Shown piece after piece: positions 1-14,349 of a stretch of 64,000 nucleotides of DNA. The notes beneath the pieces were generated by a model. It was given only the letters and a program-made list of their open reading frames with translations, was not told the origin of the DNA and ran no database searches. Both the position numbers and the translations under genes were made by a program. Each line of letters opens with the position of its first letter. The stretch's first letter is position 1. The DNA comes from Eledone cirrhosa (taxonomy: Eukaryota): assembly GCA_964016885.1 (NCBI GenBank), contig OZ024757.1, positions 29,326,001 through 29,390,000 of the forward strand, read 5' to 3'.

Positions 1-322
1 ATGAAATAAAGTTGTGGCAGCATATGCCACAAGTATTTTTGTGTGTCTGTTTGTTTGTTTTGTAAAGATTCATAGCAGGTTATTTTCCATTCGTCAATCA
101 CGATGATAATTCTTTTTATTTCAACGTTTAAACATTTCTCATTTATATAACTCTTGCTTTAGTAAAAGAGATACAAAAGAAGAAATCAAACACGTTCGCC
201 ATGTTTGCACCCGACCACTACACTTTACCAATGGATTATGTAACAACAACAACCACCACCACCATCACCCCACCGCAGCGTCAAAACCAAAGGCATTCGC
301 ACAAACACACACACACACACAC

Positions 323-362
<40 letters not shown>

Positions 363-382
363 GAAAAGCTTCTACTGCTATG

Positions 383-508
383 TATTGAGTACTTTACTTC
401 ATGTGGTTACACCCGATTGAACCCGAAATAACTTATATATATATATATATATATATAAGTTATTTCGGGTTCAATCGGGTGTAACCACATGAAGTAAAGT
501 ACTCAATA
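383..508. repeat. Perfect inverted repeat with (TA)n centre
   Basis: TATTGAGTACTTTAC...AATAACTT / AAGTTATT...GTAAAGTACTCAATA. Confidence 0.95.
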
Positions 509-1152
509 TATATATATACATATCCATCTTTCATGATGAAAAGAATGGAAAGTGCATCTCATACCAACACCGCCTCCACCACCACCAACAAAAACAACAC
601 GACGATGAGTGACCAACACCAAAAGCACTAACGTCCACAACACACCACTACCACCACCATCACATCACCACGCCATCACCACAACCATCAACCACAGGAA
701 CACGACGTTGACAGTGACCACCATCACTATCACCACCACCAACACCACTACCGACAACTACATATCACTACCACCACCACATCACCACCACAACAACCAT
801 CATAACACCACCACCACCAACACCAACACCAACAACAACACGACGATGACCACAACCACCACCACCAACACAACCATCATCAACAAAAACACGACGTCGG
901 CGAGGACAACTACCATCAACAACAACAACACGACGACCACCACCACTATCACCACCACCAACAACAACAACACCACCACCAACAGCAACAAAGCCAAACG
1001 TAATCTCAACTTCAGTACGACTAAAAACCTCTACTGATTCGTAACGACAACAACAACATCAACAAAAAATATCAACAACAACATTAAAACAATATTAGCA
1101 CAAGGACAACAACCATCAACATACAGTCACAACAACAACATCAACATCCTAA

Positions 1153-1552
1153 CAACAACATCAAAACAATACCATCATCACAAGGACTACAACAACCACC
1201 AACACACAGTCACAACAACATCAAAACAATACCATCATCACAAGGACTACAACAACCACCAACACACAGTCACAACAACATCAAAACAATACCATCATCA
1301 CAAGGACTACAACAACCACCAACACACAGTCACAACAACATCAAAACAATACCATCATCACAAGGACTACAACAACCACCAACACACAGTCACAACAACA
1401 TCAAAACAATACCATCATCACAAGGACTACAACAACCACCAACACACAGTCACAACAAGATCAAAACAATACCATCATCACAAGGACTACAACAACCACC
1501 AACACACAGTCACAACAAGATCAAAACAATACCATCATCAGAAGGACTACAA
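1153..1552. repeat. 60-bp minisatellite, ~6.5 near-identical units
   Basis: Lines 1201-1501 repeat almost exactly. Confidence 0.95.
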
Positions 1553-1957
1553 CCAACATCAACAATACAATCATCACAAGGACTACAACCAACAACAACA
1601 ACAACACAGTCAGAGCAACAACAACAACAATAACAATAACGGCAATATCAACATCCTAACAACATCAAAACAATACAATCCTCACAAGGACTATCATCAC
1701 CACCACCACCAACACAACAAAACAGTCACAACAACAATAACAACAATATCAACATCCTAACTAACCAACCAATCAAGATGGCTACTTGTCATCTTCTCCA
1801 TATGGCGGTCGTGACAGAAATGAGAATGAGTTATATACCATCAGATATTATATAATACATGAAAGATTGTATATTAGATATGAAAATACAAATATATACG
1901 AACGAGAACAAATAATGAATGGAATACGTATGTATGTATATATATATATACACACAC

Positions 1958-1996
<39 letters not shown>

Positions 1997-2673
1997 TATA
2001 TATATACATATATATATATATATATACATACATATGTATGCACATATATATACATTCATATATACCATATATATATGTATATACATACATATATAAATAT
2101 ATATCCATACATATATAATTATATATCCATCTATATCTATCTATCTATCTCTCTCACTATAGAGAGAGAGAGATGAATAAACAAAATCAAATAACAGGAA
2201 CAGTAAACAACAAAAACAACAACAATACACACGACAAACAACAACAACAGCAACAACAACAATACACAGATCAAACAACAACAGCAACAACAACAATACA
2301 CAGAGCAAACAACAACAGCAACAACAACACAGCAAAAAACAACAACAATAAACGCAGCCGAAAACAACAACAATAAACACAGCCAACAAAACAACAACAT
2401 CAATAACAACAATAAACGCAGCAAAAATTAACAACAACAACAACAACAACAACAAGCACAGCAAAGAACCACAACAACAAACACAACAATGATGGAAAAA
2501 TAAATCGAAAACTTTTGGTTGAAAACTTCAAAAGATAACTAGTGTTTCATTGTTAGCTTTGGCAAGCGTTTGATATCTAACTTGAAACTACATTTTACTA
2601 AGCCTACTAACGCCGTGTGAGGAACTTTCAGGGTATGTTCTGTATTTCTAGCACAGTGAACCTCAATGAATGA

Positions 2674-2713
<40 letters not shown>

Positions 2714-2848
2714 ATAAATTTAATATAAAACACCTGATGTATTTACATTGAGCTATTTTTCTTATTGATAAGGTGGTAAAGAATTACTGACCTTTCCTGT
2801 TTATAATTATATATAGTGTATATATAACTATAAATAATATTATTATCA

Positions 2849-2930
<82 letters not shown>

Positions 2931-3169
2931 TAATGAATATAAACGGGTGTGTATGATTATGTATAGAAGATTATATTAATAAAAGGAATTCCAACTTTGT
3001 CTGATTAACTCGTTTTATTTTCAATCCTTTAAAATTATAATGATACTATAATGAAATAGTACCACTGAATATGAACCTGAATATTCTACCATACTATTTC
3101 ATTATAATATCATTATAATTTTAAAGGAGTGTAAATAAAACGAGTTAATCAAAGTTTGAATGTCTCTTA

Positions 3170-3314
<145 letters not shown>

Positions 3315-3526
3315 GTGTGTGTATATATATATGTATCTACATATGTGTGTGTGCGTTTGTGTATGTTGCTAGATGTGGTGATGTTGGTGATATTGTTGTT
3401 GTAGTTTAGTCTCAAGTCAACCATCATTTACTCGTCCTATGATCAATACTATTTCAACCGTGACAGTATGGTTTTTTTTCCTTGTGTTAAGGGAGCCCCA
3501 GAACAAGATTTATACATACACATATA

Positions 3527-3614
<88 letters not shown>

Positions 3615-3640
3615 TGTGTGTGTGTAAGTGTATATATATG

Positions 3641-3673
<33 letters not shown>

Positions 3674-3780
3674 CTATATCTATATATGTATTTATATATA
3701 TATATATATGTATTTATATATATGTATTTATATATATGTATATATGTATATATAAATATGTATTTAAATATATGTATGTA

Positions 3781-3834
<54 letters not shown>

Positions 3835-4445
3835 CGTGTGAGGGTGTGTGTGTATGTATGTGTATGTAAATGTTTGAGTATGTGTGCGTGCATGAGTGTG
3901 TGTAAACGTGTGCATGTGCGTGTGTGTGTGTAAAGTATATATGAGTTATGGCGACATTGGTGCAAGCCCTATCTTCTTTTAAGTTATCCTTGGTGGAGGG
4001 AGAGAGGAAAGTGGTAAGCAGAGGTGACTGCTAGTCTTCCACACAAACCCACTGTTCAGGCTTGTGCCTCGGTAAGGAACCTTCTGGGTGCAAACCGATG
4101 ATCACTATTACTGTGATATCAATTGGGTGGACTGTAGAAATTTAGATTTGAAATATATTGATTGTAAATGCTAGGCTAACATGAGAAGATGATATAACCT
4201 TCAGACGCATGGGCTGTGAATAATAAACATATCTATTGAGCCACAATTTCACGTCTACTTAATGATCTATCTTGATCTTTAACGTCATGATAATACGAGC
4301 AGATGATTTGAATTTTTTATCCATCAGCCAGTAACCTTGCAATCCTATCTGTTAGGTTAACTTGAGAAGATGATTTGACCTCTGGGTGCCTGTGCTGTGA
4401 ACAATAAACATATCTAGTGAGCCAGAATTTCACGTCTACTTAATA

Positions 4446-4633
4446 ATTGTTTCTACTTTAGGCAAAGGCCAGCAATTACCCAGTGCATTACTGGTACTTT
4501 ATTTTATCGACCCCGTAAGGATGAAAGGCAAAGTCAACCTCGGCGGGATTTGAACTCAGATCGTAAAGGGACATAGCTATGCTGGAAAGCATGGCGTTCG
4601 ACCCTCTACCGATACTGCCAATTCACTGCCCTT
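4446..4633 (-). mobile_element. tRNA-derived SINE (Meta-domain-like), full length
   Basis: A/B boxes, central GCCTTTCATCCTTACGGGGTCGATAAAAT, and target duplication TACTTAATAAT. Confidence 0.85.
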
Positions 4634-5075
4634 ACTTAATAATCTATGTTGATCTTAAACGTCACAATAACCCAGTAATTTTATCTACCGAACCACCGTT
4701 TTAATTATAGTTATTAATTGATGTCGAATTTAAACGCTAGAATATTACAAGTAGATGTTTTGAAACCCAGCAATCTTATCTACGGAGCCACAGTTTTGAT
4801 TCTAGTTATTAATCGATGCCGATCTTAAACGTTAGAATAGCACAAGTAGATGTTTTGAAACCCAGTAGTCTTATCTAATAGCCCAGCATATTGCTTTTTA
4901 TTAATAAAGTCAGATGACATTTTGTACGTGCTTTACTTTAGGTGAAGAGAACAGATCAAAGGAGTTTCAGTGTGTAGACAGATGAGGCAAGTGTAAAACA
5001 GCAAAGAGACAGTGGGTGATAGTGGTGTAGTCAGAGCAAGGCACAGAAACAGCAAAGACTTACAACACATTTCCA

Positions 5076-5131
<56 letters not shown>

Positions 5132-5433
5132 TATATAATATATATATATATATATTTCGGAACTATTCATTAAAACATTTTTACAATTTTTCAAAGACAT
5201 TCACACACGTGATAGTAGAAACTGGGGATAGTCATTAATTGGAATGACAAGAGGGGAAAAAAGAAAGTGGCGGAGAAAGAAGGTAGATTGGAGGAAGAAA
5301 AGGGAGAGAACAAAGAAAGACAAAGAGAGACAGAGAGAGTGAAAGATGTGGGAGAGAATAACAGAGGAATAGAGAGGAATACTGAAGTACACCAAAGTAA
5401 ACAATAGCGCCTGTAATAACCCCAATATGGTAC

Positions 5434-5466
<33 letters not shown>

Positions 5467-5474
5467 AACATATG

Positions 5475-5511
<37 letters not shown>

Positions 5512-5842
5512 ATATGCATATATATATATATTTTATATATATATGTATATATATATATATATATATATAAACATATGCATATATATATTTTATATATATA
5601 AACATATGCATATATATATTTTATATATATAAATATATATATTATATATATATTTTATATATATATGCACTTATATATGTATATATGCACATATATATAT
5701 ATATATATGTGTGTGTGTGTTGTATGTATAGGTATATGTAGATATATATATGTGCATATATACATATATAAGTGCATATATATATAAAATATATATATAA
5801 TATATATATTTATATATATAAAATATATATATATATGCATAT

Positions 5843-5882
<40 letters not shown>

Positions 5883-6721
5883 AGAGAGATAAAGAGAGAA
5901 ATGAGATATGGTAGATAAGAAGTACACAACTTCAGTGAAGTAAACAACAACATGGCGGATAAGTTATGTTATATTTTACTCAATATTCCTCACACAATTA
6001 CAGCGTCACGATCTGACACACATACACACAAACATACATAAACACACACAGATATACAGGCGCATACACACAAACACACGCCGACACACACACAGACATA
6101 CACACAGATACTGACAAACAAGGAGACACATACACATGCACACACAGAGAGCCATACATAAAAACACACACGCAGTTAGAGACACACACACAAAGAGACA
6201 CATACGCACCGACATATACATATAGACACAGATACACGCACACACATACACAGGCAGATATATATACACACAAGCACAAACACACATATACACTCACGCA
6301 AAACATACATAATACATATAAGCCACAGACACACGTTCTTAAGACACACACACACATACAGAGACTGACTAGGACACATTCTAACTACGTAAACACAAAA
6401 TACTTTGACGATAATACATTCTTTATCCACTAAATAGTTGAGTCTGCTCTGAAAATAATAGTAAAAAACAATATACACCCAAAGCTATGTCTGTATACCC
6501 GTACATACAGATGTATGTATGTATGTTCGTCTGGTTTTATAATTTCACTACTGTGCATGCCTTCTTTTCCCTGTCCCATATCATTATATCTGGTCTGTTA
6601 TGCCTGCATTTTATTGGGGTTTTTACTGGAACATTCTACCAGTACTCTTCATATTTTGTTTATATATGGCTTCCACATTGCTTTTATTGTGCTTATTGTC
6701 GGGGCTGTGTATGTATGTATG

Positions 6722-7118
6722 TTCTTCTGGTTTTATAATTTCAAAAATGTTTGTTATTAGAGAGAGTCGGTTTCTAACATTGTTGCAAGTCTCCCTCATT
6801 GGAATTTACACAACATCAACTAGGTAGATTATGTATGCATACATGCAGGTGTGTGTGTACAGGTAGGGATGTCATTGTATGTGTGGATGTGGATGTTTTG
6901 AGTTGTATGTGTGCATGTGTATATGCATTGTATCTGTACATGTGTATATGCAGTTATTAGATGCAGAATTTTTGGCATGTTTTACATATATTTACTGTTC
7001 CATTATTGGATTGTACTTGTAATTTCCTAACTAGTTGTGATCTTTCTGTTCCTGTGAAACCCAGCATCTCAAGATTTCTATTGAGGCAGTTACTAACATA
7101 CCCCAGTGCCCCAATAAA
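6722..7118 (-). mobile_element. 3' end of a restriction-like-endonuclease LINE (R4/Dong/NeSL-like)
   Basis: Encodes IGALGYVSNCLNRNLEMLGF...LQVQSNNGTVNICKTCQKF*. The 3' UTR ends ATTATAAAACCAGAAGAA, joined to (CATA)n. Confidence 0.7.
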
Positions 7119-7128
7119 TGTATGTATG

Positions 7129-7398
7129 TTTCTCTTTCTCTTAATTTCGAGTATATTTTTGACCGGCCACCTTCCTGGTGGCAAGGTTGTAAAAGAGAAG
7201 AAATTGTCATCCCTTGAATCGCAAGAAGGTTTTGCAAATGTTGAAGGTGCCAGCTATGTCAGCCATTTGTAGTCTATGAATTAGGGATATTTTGGTTCAA
7301 GTGCTTTGATATATAACCTGTAGCTCCAATAATGATGGAATGAAGTTGAAGGTGTATCTTGGATACTAAATCTGCAAACTCCTCATCAAAGGTCCGTG
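7129..7398 (-). mobile_element. 3' end of a second, related REL-LINE subfamily
   Basis: Frameshifted [30 protein letters not shown]...GTFNICKTFLRF; its 3' end is joined to CATACATA. Confidence 0.65.
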
Positions 7399-7445
7399 TG
7401 TATGTATGTATGTATGTATGTATGTATGTATGTATGTATGTATGT

Positions 7446-8051
7446 CAGGTCACCAGTTGGTGCTACTGGTAACATGTTTCACAGTACAACCTGACTCATG
7501 GTCGGGTCGTTGGCGACTAAACTGGCAACCCCACCAAGGTTTCTTGGTGAGGAGGGTGACTTTAGACATCCTGCAGGAATAGAAACAAAACCTGTCAAAA
7601 GGGCAAAGGAGCTCTTAAGAGTCAATGGACATCCAAAATCACCGGGAGAGATGACCCCTTAGCCTTTGTCAAGGCAGAATTATAGAAGAAGGAAAACTCT
7701 GATATAACACCTGCAACTCTGATGGTATCCAATGATGTTGACTTGTTCTTCTTTTTGGTAAATATCATCTTGGTTAAGAGAGTGGGACTGGCTTTGTGCA
7801 GTTCCTTTGCTCACTATAAAAGCTTCACGGCACAGGCATTGCTTTATATCTGGAGATCTCTCTGCACTTGTCATCACATGGTACCATGGGCCCAGCACTA
7901 TGTCTCAATAATTGTCACAAGTGTAGTGTTTGTACCAGAGTTTTCAAGTCGCTGGCTGGACTAAAAGGTCACACTCGTTCAGCGCATTGGTGGGGGTTCT
8001 CCTACATGGATATAAAGTAGTGGCCGTACTCGAAAATGAGTTGGCAGCCAC
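7446..8051 (+). mobile_element. ~605-bp non-autonomous retroposon in (TATG)n
   Basis: A near-identical copy with the same ends lies at 33179-33786 (opposite strand), and a truncated copy at 45163-45537. Contains a LINE-5'UTR-like AGAAGGAAAACTCTGA motif. No credible ORF. Confidence 0.8.
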
Positions 8052-8136
8052 TATGTATGTATGTATGTATGTATGTATGTATGTATGTATGTATGTATGT
8101 ATGTTTGTATGTATGTATGTATGTATGTATACATAC

Positions 8137-8203
8137 TAGTCGTGTTCTTTCTGTTTCTGTGAAGCCTAGCTTTTTAGGATTTGCACTGAGGCAGTTACTA
8201 ACA
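8137..8203 (-). mobile_element. REL-LINE coding fragment
   Basis: Homologous to 7030-7100 (YVSNCL..LGFTETERTRL). Confidence 0.6.
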
Positions 8204-8971
8204 TATGTATGTATGTGTGTGTGCATGCATGTATTTGAAGCAATGAATGTAAATATGAATGCAAGTATGTATATATGAATATATGTATGCATGTATTAAT
8301 ATATGTATGTATGTGTGTATTTAGCTATGTATGTATGTGTGTATTTATGTATGTATGTATGTATGTATGGAAGTATTTGAACTAATGAATGTATATATGT
8401 AGATCTACGTATGTATCTATGTGTATATGTCTACATATAAATATATAGATGTATGTATGCATGCATATAAGCTTCTACGTCCGTACGTATGTATATATAT
8501 TCATGTGTGTAAGTATGTATGTATGTATGTATGTACGCCTGGATGTATGTATTTACGTATGTGTGTATGTACATCCGTATATGTGAATGTGTGTCTATAT
8601 ATGTACGCTGGTGTGTATATGCAAGAGAATATGAAAATGACGTATACCAAGAAACCACCTAAAAGCAAGAAATCCCAAGAAAATTAATAAAAGAAACAAT
8701 AACAATGAAACAAAAAACAAAATAAGAAAATCGATAAGAACCAATAGGTGTAAACGGAAGTTGTAGCTTGCAGATTGTTCATTTCCGGAAATTTCCATAT
8801 ATATATATATATATATACACACAGACACACACATATATATGTATATATACATACAAACATACACATATATATATATGCATACATCCATGCATATATTATC
8901 TATATATCTATATATGTATATATACATAGATATATGCTTGATTGCATACATCACACACACACACTATATAT

Positions 8972-9036
<65 letters not shown>

Positions 9037-9304
9037 AGTGTGTCAGTGTATCTATACAATCATGCATGTATCTGTGTATATAGATATATAGATATATATG
9101 TATGGATGGATGTATATATATACATACATGCATCATTGCATACATATACACACACATACACTATATATATATATATACATATATATATATAAGGAAAAAA
9201 GATTTAATCAAAAATAGAGTCTTATTTTTGCAAATAGAGTCTTTTTTTTTTAAATATATTTATTTTGTTCCTTTACCAAATACATATATTAAAAAAAAAC
9301 AAAA

Positions 9305-9565
9305 ACTCCAGTTGCATTTTCGATTTCATCTTTTTTCCTTATACTTTCACTCGTGTAGGACATCTCGGTATATTTTCATTTTGTAAAAAAACCTCACTTT
9401 CTAATATATATATGGACGTTTATGAATTGGAATATTCTAGGAATTACTTCATTCACACACACACACACACACATATATATATACATATATATATAAATTT
9501 TGAGTATATGTTGGTTCTTTACCGACACGAAGCCAAATTTTACATATTTCACTTAATTATTTTAC

Positions 9566-9600
<35 letters not shown>

Positions 9601-10106
9601 AAACTTATATATATATACACATATATATAAATATATATATATAAAACTGTTATATATATATACATATATATATACATATATATACACATATATATACACA
9701 TATATATATACATATATATACACATATATACACATATATATACACATATATATACACATATATATACACATATATATATACATATATATACACATATATA
9801 TACACATATATATACACATATATATACACATATATATACACATATATATATACATATATATACACATATATATACACATATATATACACATATATATATA
9901 CATATATATACACATATATATACACATATATATATATACATATATATACACATATATATACACATATATATATATACATATATATATACATATATATACA
10001 CATATATATATATACATATATATATATATACATATATATATACATATATATATACATATACATACATACATACATACATACATACATACATACATACATA
10101 CATACA

Positions 10107-10138
<32 letters not shown>

Positions 10139-10493
10139 CATACATACATATATATATACATACATATATATATACATATATATATACATATATATACATA
10201 TATATATACATATATATATACATAATACTAATACTATATATACATATATATATATACATATATATATATACATATATACATATATATACATATATATACA
10301 TATACATACATATATATACATATACATATATACACATATACATATATACATATATACATATATACATATATATGCATATATAATATATATATTAGAAAGT
10401 GAGGTTTTTTTTACAAAATTAAAAATAACCGAGGTGTCCTACACGAGTGAAAGTATAAAGAAAAAGAGATGAAATCGAAAATGCAACTGGAGT
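9305..10493. repeat. ~105-bp inverted repeats bracketing ~1 kb mostly TA/TACA microsatellite
   Basis: 9305-9410 vs reverse complement of 10387-10493. Confidence 0.85.
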
Positions 10494-10504
10494 CATACAT
10501 ATAC

Positions 10505-10537
<33 letters not shown>

Positions 10538-11061
10538 ATAACATATATATAATGATATATATATGAAGCTCTTCTACTGTACACATGTACGTGATGCAAT
10601 ACAATCCTCTGCTCTTTACTATTGGGTATTCTCATCTCTTCTCTTACAGCTTGAAACGTTAATAACATAAATAGGCTTTATTAAGTTACACAAACCAGTT
10701 TGTCGTTTACACTATATACATTGTAGATATAATTACGCAACGACAGTAAGAACTCCTGTTGTTGTTCTTTCTATAGATTGTGTATTATACATGTACGTAT
10801 TCTATCTGCTACCATATTGGCGTGTTAATAGAAATATATAAAGCATATATACTACATAGAACTAAAATGGTTTCGTTTCGTTTGTGTGTACGCGCTGTTT
10901 TTTGTGCGCGTTTCCTTTCTTATTCTTTATATGATATTTTTCTTCTCGTTTTTCGTAGTTTTAAATTGCTTGGCAAGGAGTGACTTGATCTGAAAGTGTA
11001 TCTTATCTTTGAAATTGAAGCAATTGCATCGTAGGAGCGTCATTATAATCATTTCAGCACG

Positions 11062-11125
<64 letters not shown>

Positions 11126-11546
11126 TATATATATATATATTTATTTATATATATATGTGTTTGTTAGTATGTATGTATGAATATATACATACATACATAT
11201 ATACATACATACATATATATATATACATACATATATGTGTATATATAAATATATATATATATATATATACTATATATATATATATATACTATATATAGAG
11301 TTATAAATTCAAACAGTCTTTTACAATTAAATAGCTCACAGAAAGAGATATTTCTGAGCCGTGAAATACAAATTAATATATGATAAACACTAATACAAGT
11401 ATACAAGTATTTGTATTGCAAATGACCAAGTTAGCTAGATTGAAAAATACTAATTAAATTAATACAGTTTGCCCGTCTCGATTTAAAATAATAAATCAAT
11501 AAAAACAAACCCATATTGGCAATAGCCGTGATACCTGGACAAATTT

Positions 11547-12269
11547 AAATTTCAAAACTATCGAAAGCCTTAGACTGATCCAAGTTGATCAGGGCCCCAC
11601 CGAAGATAGATAGATAGATAGATAGATAGATATGTTTCTTTATTAGCCACAGGGGTACACAAGAAGGAGACAAATACAAAGGGGGAAATTTACATACAAT
11701 AAAAACGTGTAAAATATTATCACAAATGCAATTGAAAAATGAATCAATTTTCCCCAATAGGGGGAGACATTTCATATGGGTAACACATGCCCCCTCATTT
11801 CCATGAGTACGAAGAGTTTGTATCCCCTTCTTTTCCTCTTTTTCCTCAACCTACAGGCTGATATAGAGAGAAGGCCCATTTACTCGGGCCATTCTCGCCA
11901 CTTTCACCCACCTTTCATAAAACTTGCTGGGGTACAGCACCTCTCTCTCCATCCTGACTCTTCTTCCAAAGTGGTATTTAGATAGATAGATAGATATATT
12001 TCTTTATTAGCCACAGGGGCACAAAAGAAGGGGACAAATACAAAAGGGGAAGTTTACATACAATAAAAACGTGTAAAATGTTATCACAGATGGAATTTAA
12101 AAGTTAGTCGATTTTCCCCAATAGAGGGAGACAGTTTATATGGGTAACACATACCCCCGAAAAAATGTGCAACCCTCATCTCCAGGAGTACGAAGAGCTT
12201 GTACTCCTTTCCTCTCCTCCTCCTTTTCCTCAATCTACAGGCTGATATAGAGAGAAGGCCCATTCACTC

Positions 12270-12270
<1 letters not shown>
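11547..12270 (-). mobile_element. Tx1/L1-clade LINE remnants in (GATA)n
   Basis: RT motif GGALINLDQSKAFD (11547-11601). Two tandem 3' ends (11635-11980, 12000-12270) with AATAAA, the first encoding ...RVRMEREVL..KFYERW... Pieces are separated by GATA repeats. Confidence 0.75.
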
Positions 12271-12313
<43 letters not shown>

Positions 12314-12761
12314 CAGAGATACACAAATAGGGAGATAGCTAGATAGAGACAGGGAGATAGCTAATAGACAGATATATATATAGAGAGAAAGAAAGAGAAA
12401 CTCACAAAACACAAAAGCAAAAAATTCAAACCAAACCATAACAAAACAAAACAAGAAACCAAAAATAAAATTTAAAAACAAAAACCTTCTACAACGTTAA
12501 TTCAACTTAGCAAATGACAATACTTAAAGAAATTGAAAGGCAAACTTCAACATGTTTATTGTTTGGTCTTTATATTTCATTGTGATATCTTCATAATCGC
12601 TTCCAGCCATTTCAGACATAAATGGCCACCATTTTGATTTGCCGAATTACTAATTTGTTTACATCTTTTCAACATTATTGTTCTCTCATTCCGACATTAA
12701 GATTGTCATCTCTCGCTCATAAAATATCTCCCGTGGCGATGGCGTTTACGTCCGCCTGTTT

Positions 12762-12824
<63 letters not shown>

Positions 12825-12991
12825 CTTTCAAACACACGCATAAGTATACATGCTTGAGCCTATGTATATATATATATACATATAGATATATATATACATA
12901 TATATATATACATATATATATATACATATATATATATACATATATATATATACATATATATATACATATATATATATACATATATATATAC

Positions 12992-13030
<39 letters not shown>

Positions 13031-13033
13031 CAC

Positions 13034-13078
<45 letters not shown>

Positions 13079-13125
13079 TATACACATATATATACACATA
13101 TATACATACATATATACATACATAT

Positions 13126-13171
<46 letters not shown>

Positions 13172-14349
13172 GTGTGTATATAAGTATATATGCGAACACA
13201 ACCATATACCTATATATATATATATGCGTGTCGGTTTATATGTATACAAGTGAACACAACCATACACTTATATGTAACTAAAGGTATATTCATGTATTAT
13301 ACACACACACACACATATATATATATATAGAAGAGATGCATACATGCACAACTAAGACTAATGAAATTACACGTATCTTACATGAGAATTTAAAATAGAC
13401 ATGCGACAATATTCCTAACGTTGTTGTATCTAGTTTGCAGAAATCAAATTGTTTGCTTCCTTTCTTTTATTATACACTTGCATCTTAATCATCTTTTGAC
13501 TTTCTCTTGCTGTATTTTTCCTCCTTAAATTATAAATTTAATTATTAGCAATGAATTTTGCCTTTTATTCCTAGAATTCTTCCTTATTTTTTTGGTTTTC
13601 CTTTCCGTTTTGTATGTACAATGCAATATTTCCCCCCTTTATTCTTTGACTTCTGATACTGTTTTATAATTCACCAAATGAAATTTCGTTAAATTAATTA
13701 GTTGTTGTTACTGAGGAATATCCGCTGCACAAAAGATTTGACAAGGCGATAGCTAATGTGGCAGCTTTCAAAGCCCAAGGAAACAGTGAATCGTCTTCTT
13801 ATTATCTCTTTCTCTTAGTTGTTCTGCTGCATCTGTGATCAGCACAGGAGTTTATTACCTGCTCCCAGTGTAATGTGTAGGCTGTTAACCAGCAAATTCG
13901 TTAGAATGTCAGATATAATGCAATATGGTATTCGTTACGGTTCTCTGCTCTCTCAGAGTTTAAATCCCGCTGAGTTCAACTTTCATAGGTTTCGTCATGT
14001 TAGACATGGCCTTGGATATGTCTAACTTAATAGCCCCACCTGACGAAGTCTTTCAAATCAGGATTTGGACACCATGACCCACTCAAGTAGAGAGTTATTG
14101 TTTACGAAGTCAATAAAAATATACCAGATAAGTACTGGGGGTCTATTCTTCCTCTATATCTCTTTCCTCTCACTTCAAAAGAAATCTGTTGTACTCAGGC
14201 CGAGAGAGGCGATGAGCTTGGCCAGGTTTAAAAACTGCCCAAGAAACCCCGTATGTCCATACGGCACCCCTACGACTCTATACTTTGAAGGAAATTGGCT
14301 ATTGGCTATATTCCGACCTTGTTCCATGTACGAACATAAGTGAATAAGG

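Noticed and set aside
196-207. AAACATGGCG start-like motif on the minus strand
   Set aside because: The frame closes within about 20 codons and no exon structure is supported.
1153-1552. CRISPR-like periodic array
   Set aside because: Units are identical tandem 60-mers without unique spacers, in a eukaryotic context.
7680-7964. ORFs conserved between 7.7, 33.3 and 45.3 kb
   Set aside because: Conservation reflects nucleotide similarity of repeat copies; no recognisable protein.
14035-14075. CTGACGA hammerhead-like core
   Set aside because: No GAAA and no stem I.
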